This document shows, piece by piece, positions 55,665-62,658 of a stretch of 64,000 nucleotides of DNA. The first letter of the stretch is position 1. Each line of letters starts with the position of its first letter. The notes beneath the pieces were generated by a model. It saw only the letters and a program-made list of their open reading frames with translations, searched no databases and was not told where the DNA came from. This stretch comes from a virus (Duplodnaviria; Caudoviricetes). Position numbers and translations under genes: made by a program. Where the stretch lies: positions 1 through 64,000 of the IMG/VR virus record IMGVR_UViG_3300032321_002024; one strand, given 5' to 3'.

Positions 55665-56639
55665 ATGAAAATTAAAAGATTTGGAGACTTTTATAAACAG
55701 GAATCAATTATAGATGATTTCTTATCATCACTTAACGAGTCAAGTGGTGGTGATGTTAATGAAATTTTAAAAAGATTTAAAGAGGAATTTAAAGATGTTA
55801 CTCCTACAAAAACACAATTTGCTGAGTTTTATCACAAATTGAGAAGTGAAGGATTTGACGGAACTGAAATTTTTGATATTTTAGATGATTATATACCTAA
55901 AGATGATGAAGAAAATTCAGATGATTTTGAAGACCAAAAAGAATCTACTTATAAATCTATTGAAAAGAAAGTCATCTCTGACTTAAAGCTTGATTCAAAA
56001 TTGGTTTTAACATTTGGAGCAGGAATCGGAGCACTTTATCCAGTGGTTTTAGAGATGATGCAAAATATGTCGATTAGTGTTGATGTAAGTAAACAAAGTG
56101 TGGTTCTTCTCACAATAGCCGCTATCACAATTACTTATTTAGAAGAAAAGAAATTTAAAACACCTGAAGAAGAAGATATTTTAACTAAAGATTCTAAATC
56201 CATGTTAGAAGAATTGAGAATGCAGGGTATTGGTGATGGAATAGTAAAAAAAGTAATTAAAGCTCTCAATGGTATTAAAAACATCTTTTCTGCGATAGGT
56301 AAACATTTAGGAGCAGCCGTTGGTGGTATTATTGATATGTTTGCTTACACCGCAATTCTTATTCCAGTGATGAATGCTATACTATCTGTAATTGGAATGC
56401 ACGAGATGTCAGTTGATGATGTTATATCAAACTTTTTCTCACTTTCTATGGGTGTGGCCACAAGAATTGCAAAACATGGACTTGTTGAGATTTTAGATAG
56501 ATTAAGAAGATTTATTTCCCCAAGTAGTAAAAGAGAAATATTAGATGATTTAGAAACACCGGTAATACAAAAATTTGGTGATTTTACACACGGTGACACG
56601 GAGTCAGAACAAGAGGGAGATTTAATTAAGGAGCAATAG
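55665..56639 (+). CDS. Putative virion internal protein with hydrophobic helices
   Basis: MKIKRFGDFYKQES...LNES; LVLTFGAGIGALYPVV, VVLLTIAAITITYL, GIIDMFAYTAILIPVM. Confidence 0.7.
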   Translation: MKIKRFGDFYKQESIIDDFLSSLNESSGGDVNEILKRFKEEFKDVTPTKTQFAEFYHKLRSEGFDGTEIFDILDDYIPKDDEENSDDFEDQKESTYKSIEKKVISDLKLDSKLVLTFGAGIGALYPVVLEMMQNMSISVDVSKQSVVLLTIAAITITYLEEKKFKTPEEEDILTKDSKSMLEELRMQGIGDGIVKKVIKALNGIKNIFSAIGKHLGAAVGGIIDMFAYTAILIPVMNAILSVIGMHEMSVDDVISNFFSLSMGVATRIAKHGLVEILDRLRRFISPSSKREILDDLETPVIQKFGDFTHGDTESEQEGDLIKEQ

Positions 56640-56687
56640 TAAACCATGTCGTTTAAATATCATATAACTTAAAATGATTTTATTTAA

Positions 56688-58019
56688 ATGACTCCGCAAT
56701 TAGAGAAGGTATTTTTCAACTATATACTGGCTTATAAAAAATACTTTGAATTAGTTAAGCCTTTTTTCTTTAGAAATTCCGAAATTCAATTTGTATATGG
56801 TATTATTAGAAGTTATATGTTAACTTCGAGTGATAGTAAAATACCATCACCAAGACAAATTTTAGATATGGTTTCTTTAGAAGATAAAGAAGGAGTTATT
56901 ACTAAAGAAATATTAAAATCCATTCTACAAGTTGATCTCAAAGAATATGACGAAAAAAACTTTATTGAACCTAAGTTCAATGCATGGATTCTTTCCAATC
57001 GGTTAAAAACAGGAACAGTTGATATTATTGATGAGACTAGAAATTTAGATCAAATATCTGATTTTGATAAAGCTGTTGAAGCAGCTGAAAGAATCAAATT
57101 AATTGTGGATGAAATGTCTTCTACAAATTTTGTTCAAGATGACGATTTAGGTTCCGATTTTGATGATCCAGAGAATCACGTTCAAGACTCTTCTAAATTT
57201 AAGATTAAATCTGGATTTGAAACTTTAGATCATATGTTAGGAGGTGGTTGGGATATCCAAACACTAAATTGTATAATGGCTGAGACTAATAATGGTAAGT
57301 CTCTATGGATGCAAAACTTCGCTGTTAAATCAGCAGATTCTGGATATAATGTTCTTTATATCACACTCGAGATGTCTGAAAGAAAAGTAATGAAAAGATT
57401 GGGAGCAATGAGATTAAAAATTCCAATCAATGATTATGATACTGCATCTAAAGATACCGATATGATTAAAAAAAGAATCAAAGCTTTAGGTAGTATAAAA
57501 GAAGGTGGAGATATCTTTGATAAAAAAGTTGGAAAGATTTATAGTAAATTCTGGGCAGCTGGCACCGCTACTATATCTGACTTTGATTATTATTTACAAA
57601 AACTAAAAGATAAAAAAGATATAAAAATAGACTTAATTATCGTTGATTACATCACATTAGTTGCTGCTCCTAAAGGTGTGGGTGCTGATAACCTTTATAC
57701 TAAAGGAAAAGCTTTAGCTGAAGGTCTTAGAGCCTTAGGTGCTAAATATAAATGTCCGGTTATTACTGGAGTTCAAGTTGCAAAAGATGCTTGGAATTCA
57801 TCTGATATTACATTAGAAAGTGTTCCTGAATCAAAGGCAATTGCTGAAACGGCCGATACTTTCTTTGCAATTATTAGAACCGAGGAAATGAAAAGGCAAA
57901 ACCTCTTTCGTTTTAAGTTATTAAAACAAAGAGATGGTGATTTTTTGAAATCACAAATTAGGTTGAACTTAAATTCGACCTATTTAACACTGGAAAATGA
58001 CCAGTTTTTAGATCAATAA
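56688..58019 (+). CDS. Replicative helicase (T4 gp41/DnaB-like)
   Basis: LDHMLGGG, AETNNGKS, YITLEMSE, IIVDYI, ITGVQ, ESKAIAETAD, LKQRDG. Confidence 0.92.
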   Translation: MTPQLEKVFFNYILAYKKYFELVKPFFFRNSEIQFVYGIIRSYMLTSSDSKIPSPRQILDMVSLEDKEGVITKEILKSILQVDLKEYDEKNFIEPKFNAWILSNRLKTGTVDIIDETRNLDQISDFDKAVEAAERIKLIVDEMSSTNFVQDDDLGSDFDDPENHVQDSSKFKIKSGFETLDHMLGGGWDIQTLNCIMAETNNGKSLWMQNFAVKSADSGYNVLYITLEMSERKVMKRLGAMRLKIPINDYDTASKDTDMIKKRIKALGSIKEGGDIFDKKVGKIYSKFWAAGTATISDFDYYLQKLKDKKDIKIDLIIVDYITLVAAPKGVGADNLYTKGKALAEGLRALGAKYKCPVITGVQVAKDAWNSSDITLESVPESKAIAETADTFFAIIRTEEMKRQNLFRFKLLKQRDGDFLKSQIRLNLNSTYLTLENDQFLDQ

Positions 58020-58059
58020 ACAAATTAATATTTGATTATATAAAAATAAAAAAAATTCT

Positions 58060-59013
58060 ATGGCTAAAAAGCGAGTAGATGAAGATGACGACTTCGAAAA
58101 CGATTTTGAAAACGATGATGAACAGGATGTTTATGAAGAAGTTGAGGAAGATACAACTGAAAGTGAATCTGAAATATTAGTTGATGATGATGATTCCGAT
58201 TTAGAATTAGTTATTGAGATAGATGATTCTGATTTAGAATTGGAAGATCCAATTGAACCTGAAAAGGAAGTTGATTCGGAATCCCCTGATGAAATAATTC
58301 TTTCAAAGCATAAAATTGAAGGTAAACACTCATTAAAGTATGATTCTATCTTTAAAGGAAAAAAAGAGGATCCTGTTGATGAGGATACACTTGAAGGATT
58401 TTCAACTTATTTTAAAGAAACTATTGAAGTTGATAAGTCATCGGCTTATCATTCTGAATCAATGGATAATGAGGCTTATGTTCGAGCTAAACTTGTGAAA
58501 GAAAGAGTTTATGATATTTTAAAAGAAAATACTTCAATTAATTTTTTAAATAATAGAAGAAAACCATCTCGTAATGACTTCAATCAATATTATTCACTAT
58601 TAAAATTAAATTTAAAAGACGAAAGTTTTACTAATGTTGAATTATTTAATGAACTAGCAGTTTACTTTTCTGACAATTTATTCAATATGTTTAAATTACT
58701 AGATAACAATTGGAGAAATTTAATAATTAATGAACTACAAGATCATATTGGTAAGAATAAAAATTCAAAAGAGGTGACTAATAGAAATATCTACGAAGGA
58801 ACCGAAATTGAGTTTATTTGGTTTGATGAAATGTTAGAAGAGGATAAATTAATAACAGGTGTGGTTATGGAAACTAACTATGATGACTCAAATTTCAAAG
58901 TCGATTCTTTTGAGAAAATATATTTAGTTGAAATATCTGATGTGACAAAAATTTTAAATAATACTAAATTTAAGTACAACCTAAATAAACTAAACAATAT
59001 AGACTTTTTGTAA
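58060..59013 (+). CDS. Hypothetical protein with highly acidic N-terminus
   Basis: About 80-aa D/E-rich N-terminus; AAAC-N17-TATAA upstream. Confidence 0.75.
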   Translation: MAKKRVDEDDDFENDFENDDEQDVYEEVEEDTTESESEILVDDDDSDLELVIEIDDSDLELEDPIEPEKEVDSESPDEIILSKHKIEGKHSLKYDSIFKGKKEDPVDEDTLEGFSTYFKETIEVDKSSAYHSESMDNEAYVRAKLVKERVYDILKENTSINFLNNRRKPSRNDFNQYYSLLKLNLKDESFTNVELFNELAVYFSDNLFNMFKLLDNNWRNLIINELQDHIGKNKNSKEVTNRNIYEGTEIEFIWFDEMLEEDKLITGVVMETNYDDSNFKVDSFEKIYLVEISDVTKILNNTKFKYNLNKLNNIDFL

Positions 59014-59141
59014 AAAATAAAAAAAATAAAAAAAAACAATATAAAAATAACGATATAAAAAACCTCTTAAAAATCAAAAAATGAATTTTTGATTTAAAAA
59101 GTGGTTCAATATATAACTAACAAAAAAATTATAAGGCAAAT

Positions 59142-61694
59142 ATGAATATAAAAGTAACGAAAAGAAATGGTAAAAAAGAACCAGTAATGCTGGATAAAAT
59201 TTTAGAAAGAATTAATCAACAAACTTATGGATTAGATCCAAAATGGATTTCACCGTTTGATGTCGCTCAGAAAGTTATTGCTGGTGTGGCTCCTGATATT
59301 AAAACATCTACATTAGATCAATTGGCAATGGAAACAGCTGCTTCCTTAGCCACAAAACATCCGGACTATTCCGTATTAGCGGCAAGATTGGCAATTACAG
59401 CACTTCATAAAGAAACAAAAAAATCTTTTTCTGAAACATCAAAAGATTTATATAATTATATAAATCCAATTACGGGAAAACATTCTCCTATTGTATCAAA
59501 AGAATTTAATAAAATTGTTCAGAAATATGCTGACGAATTAGATTCGGTTATTGTTCACTCAAGAGACCACAATTTTGATTATTTTGGTTTTAAAACTTTA
59601 GAAAAATCTTATCTTCTTAAGATTAATGGAGTTGTTGCTGAAAGACCTCAGTATATGTATATGAGAACTGCAATTCAAGTGTGGGGTGAGAATTTAGAAA
59701 AAGTTATTGAAACTTATAACACACTTTCTGAAGGATATTATACACATGCTACTCCAACTTTATTTAATTCAGGAACAACAAGACCACAATTATCTTCTTG
59801 TTTTTTATTAGATACTGAAAGTGACTCAATTGAAGGTATTTTTAATACACTTAAAGAATCAGCTCAAATCTCTAAAAATGCTGGAGGTATTGGAATCTCT
59901 TTTAATAAAGTAAGAGCTAAAGGAACTTACATCGCTGGAACTAACGGAACATCAAATGGAATTATTCCTTTCTTGAAAATATTTAATGAAACTGCTAGAG
60001 CGGTTGATCAAGGTGGTGGTAAACGCAAAGGTTCAATTGCAATCTATATGGAACCTTGGCATGCGGATATTATGGATTTCTTAGACCTTCGTAAAAACCA
60101 AGGTAAAGATGAAATTAGAGCAAGAGACCTTTTCTTAGCTATCTGGAATAATGACATTTTTATGGAGAGAGTTGACTTAGACGAAGATTGGTCATTAATG
60201 TGTCCACATGAATGTGAAGGTTTAAATGAATCATATGGTGAAGAGTTTAAAACACTTTATTTAAAATATGAATCAGAAGGAAAAGTTAAGAGAACAGTAA
60301 AAGCAAGAGATGTTTGGAATAAAATTTTAGAGTCACAAATCGAAACAGGAACTCCTTATATTCTTTATAAAGATTCTATCAATGAGAAATCAAATCAATC
60401 TAATATTGGTATTGTTAGAAGTTCTAATCTTTGTGCTGAAATTGTCGAAGCAACTGGTGTTACAAAAGTTCAAAAAGAGATTCTTCAAAATAAAGAACTA
60501 CTTGAATCTTTAGGATTAGGTGAGTTTTATGGTGAAGAATCGGTTAATGAAACGGCTGTTTGTAACTTAGCTTCGATTGCTCTTCCTAAGTTTATTAACA
60601 AAAATAAAACTTATAACTTTAATAAATTATATGAAGTTGCTTATACAGCAATCGTCAATTTGAATAATGTTATTGATGTTAATTACTATCCTTCAGAGAC
60701 GGCTAGATTTTCAAACGTATTGCACCGACCAGTTGGATTGGGAGTTCAAGGACTTGCTGATGTTTTCTTTACACTTAATTTACCTTATGATTCAGAAGAA
60801 GCAAAACAACTGAATAAAGAAATTTTTGAAACTATTTATTACGCATCTATTAAATCCTCTTGTGATTTAGCTAAATCTCAAGGAACTTATGCTACTTACA
60901 AAGGTTCTCCTATTTCAGAAGGTAAATTTCAATTTGATTTATGGGGCACTAAACCCACAAAAAGATGGGATTGGGAAAAATTAAGAGAAGATGTTAAAAA
61001 ACATGGTGTTAGAAACTCTTTAACAACTTGTATTATGCCAACTGCTTCTACAGCTTCTATCTTAGGAAATGAGGCTTCTTGTGAAGCTCAAACTTCAAAT
61101 ATGTATACTAGAGGAGTTCTTTCTGGAACATTTATCTTAGTAAACAAATATTTAGTGAAAGAATTAGTTAAGTTAGGACTTTGGGATGATAATTTAAGAA
61201 GAAAAATTATTGCTGAAAATGGATCTGTTCAGAATATTCCACAGATTCCAACAAATATTAAAGAGGTTTTCAAAACAGTTTATGAGATTAAACAAAAAGA
61301 TGTTATTGATATGGCTGCTGAGAGAGGAGCATTTATTGACCAAACTCAATCAATGAATATCTTTATGGATTCTCCTAATTTTGCTAAGTTAACTTCGATG
61401 CACTTTTATGGTTGGGGTAGAAGAAGTTTATTGAAAGATGGTAATGGTCAAATTATTTTACCACAAGATGAAAATTGTGAAGTGGTTTATGATAAAGATG
61501 GTAACCCAAGATTCTATAGAGAAAAGAAAAACAATCTTAAAACTGGTATTTACTACTTAAGAAACAAATCTGCTTCTGATGCTGTTAAATTTACAGTTCA
61601 AGAAGAAAAAGATGTTAAGTCTGTTGAAGAACAAATGGCTGAAATCAGTTGTTCACTTGATAACCCAGATGATTGTTTAGCTTGTGGGGCTTAA
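59142..61694 (+). CDS. nrdA: Ribonucleoside-diphosphate reductase alpha subunit (class Ia, ATP cone)
   Basis: VTKRNG ATP cone, ATPTLFNSG, LSSCF, SNLCAEI, CNLASI, GLGVQG, MPTAST, DQTQS, KTGIYY, C-terminal CLACGA. Confidence 0.97.
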   Translation: MNIKVTKRNGKKEPVMLDKILERINQQTYGLDPKWISPFDVAQKVIAGVAPDIKTSTLDQLAMETAASLATKHPDYSVLAARLAITALHKETKKSFSETSKDLYNYINPITGKHSPIVSKEFNKIVQKYADELDSVIVHSRDHNFDYFGFKTLEKSYLLKINGVVAERPQYMYMRTAIQVWGENLEKVIETYNTLSEGYYTHATPTLFNSGTTRPQLSSCFLLDTESDSIEGIFNTLKESAQISKNAGGIGISFNKVRAKGTYIAGTNGTSNGIIPFLKIFNETARAVDQGGGKRKGSIAIYMEPWHADIMDFLDLRKNQGKDEIRARDLFLAIWNNDIFMERVDLDEDWSLMCPHECEGLNESYGEEFKTLYLKYESEGKVKRTVKARDVWNKILESQIETGTPYILYKDSINEKSNQSNIGIVRSSNLCAEIVEATGVTKVQKEILQNKELLESLGLGEFYGEESVNETAVCNLASIALPKFINKNKTYNFNKLYEVAYTAIVNLNNVIDVNYYPSETARFSNVLHRPVGLGVQGLADVFFTLNLPYDSEEAKQLNKEIFETIYYASIKSSCDLAKSQGTYATYKGSPISEGKFQFDLWGTKPTKRWDWEKLREDVKKHGVRNSLTTCIMPTASTASILGNEASCEAQTSNMYTRGVLSGTFILVNKYLVKELVKLGLWDDNLRRKIIAENGSVQNIPQIPTNIKEVFKTVYEIKQKDVIDMAAERGAFIDQTQSMNIFMDSPNFAKLTSMHFYGWGRRSLLKDGNGQIILPQDENCEVVYDKDGNPRFYREKKNNLKTGIYYLRNKSASDAVKFTVQEEKDVKSVEEQMAEISCSLDNPDDCLACGA

Positions 61695-61698
61695 ATAT

Positions 61699-61730
61699 AA
61701 AAGAGAGATTAAAAAATCTCTCTTTTTTTT
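61699..61730 (+). terminator. Intrinsic terminator after nrdA
   Basis: AAAAGAGAGATT-loop-AATCTCTCTTTTTTTT. Confidence 0.85.
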
Positions 61731-61762
61731 AATATATACATTATAAAAAATAATAAAATTAT

Positions 61763-62092
61763 ATGAAATATGTAAAAACTTTTGAAAGATTTGCTTTGAA
61801 TGAAAGCCATGATATTGATTTTTCAAGACTTTGTTCTGAAGAACCAGATATGTTTCGTCTTGATTTAAGTGATGAAGGAATTGAACTTACTCGAGATCAA
61901 GAAGCTTTAGTTTCTGAATTTTCAAAGTTAGAAGAAGAATGTGTGAGAAAATCAACAAGTGGTCAATACTCCAAAGTTGTCGGGACTCCATCGTATAATA
62001 GAAGAATTGAAATACTTAAAGAATTAGGAGTTACTGATACTTCAGAATTTGAAGAAAGGTGGGCGGAGTTTGATAAACACGAAGGATTCTAA
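61763..62092 (+). CDS. Small putative virion internal protein
   Basis: MKYVKTFERFALNES; AATATATACATTATAAAAAA leader shared with 45729 and 504. Confidence 0.75.
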   Translation: MKYVKTFERFALNESHDIDFSRLCSEEPDMFRLDLSDEGIELTRDQEALVSEFSKLEEECVRKSTSGQYSKVVGTPSYNRRIEILKELGVTDTSEFEERWAEFDKHEGF

Positions 62093-62104
62093 TAAAAAAT
62101 ACTT

Positions 62105-62137
62105 AAAAAGGAGAAAATTAAACTTTCTCCTTTTTTT
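62105..62137 (+). terminator. Intrinsic terminator
   Basis: AAAAAGGAGAAA-loop-TTTCTCCTTTTTTT. Confidence 0.8.
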
Positions 62138-62268
62138 ATGCTATAAAAAATCCACCTTCGAAAAAAACGAAATTTTAAAGGTGGATATATAACATACTTT
62201 TAAGAAAAAAAATTTAAATTTTTAACAACTTTTTTATTTTTGGAACTAAAAGTTAGACTGAAAATTAC

Positions 62269-62338
62269 CCAGTAGTGAGTTAGAGAGTTACTTCGATATT
62301 TGGATTATGAAAAAACACTCTTTGACAATTTACTCTGG
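62269..62338 (+). ncRNA. Structured RNA 1 (short form), candidate TROVE-binding Y-RNA-like RNA
   Basis: CCAG-U-AG-UGA-GUUAGAGAGU-UACUUCGAU...AAC-ACUCUUUGAC-AAUUUA-CU-CUGG: the ends pair as a bulged long stem. Confidence 0.7.
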
Positions 62339-62357
62339 TCAATTATATAGGTTATAA

Positions 62358-62575
62358 GCAAACATAGCGATAGTTTGAGATACTTCGATATACAATTTCA
62401 ATTAAGATCGAAAAGTGTCTAATGGCGACAGCTGAGACTACCAAAAAACCGTAAAAGGTGAGGTGAAAAAGTCCGGATGATTCCACGTAAAGGGTTAAGT
62501 GAGATGGTCACTGCAACTATCGGCAAAGTTTCGGGAGAATTCTTTGTAACGCTCAGGCTAAATTATCTTGTTTGC
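62358..62575 (+). ncRNA. Structured RNA 2 (long form, 218 nt), candidate TROVE-binding Y-RNA-like RNA
   Basis: GCAAACA-U-AG-CGA-UAGUUUGAG-A-UACUUCGAU...AAC-G-CUCAGGCUA-AAUUAU-CU-UGUUUGC: same scaffold as RNA 1 with different, compensatory stem sequences; several internal hairpins. Confidence 0.72.
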
Positions 62576-62585
62576 AACATTATAT

Positions 62586-62626
62586 AAAAGACCAGATTTA
62601 TCTTCGGATAGTCTGGTCTTTTTTTT
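62586..62626 (+). terminator. Intrinsic terminator with C(UUCG)G loop between the RNAs and the TROVE gene
   Basis: AAAAGACCAGAT-T-TATC-TTCG-GATA-GTCTGGTCTTTTTTTT. Confidence 0.85.
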
Positions 62627-62658
62627 GTTAAAAAATTAAATAAAATAAAAATAAAGTT

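Noticed and set aside
12936-56998. Short antisense or nested ORFs in the track (e.g. 12936, 13671, 14163, 15174, 16368, 19033, 23174, 29011, 45674, 47656, 51501, 56345, 56813)
   Set aside because: They lie wholly or mostly within longer well-supported genes and have shadow-like composition.
59071-59117. Inverted repeat AAATCAAAAA/TTTTTGATTT and possible NrdR box upstream of nrdA
   Set aside because: Low-complexity AT-rich match; the CAATATATAAC is better explained as the TATATA promoter.
2406-61694. Inteins or introns in terL, polB, gp41, thyA or nrdA
   Set aside because: No intein termini (C/S start, HN-C/S/T end) or reading-frame interruptions; the insertions seen are short and in frame.
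62431-62476. Group I intron P7-like pair (GAGACTA...AAGTCC) or hammerhead-like CGGATGA inside RNA 2
   Set aside because: Other core elements (P3-P6, or CUGANGA/GAAA) could not be found; the resemblance is too short to support.
62269-62575. tRNA genes or canonical YrlA tRNA-like domain
   Set aside because: TTCGA is present but not in a 5-bp T-arm; no cloverleaf or GGTTCRA found by eye.
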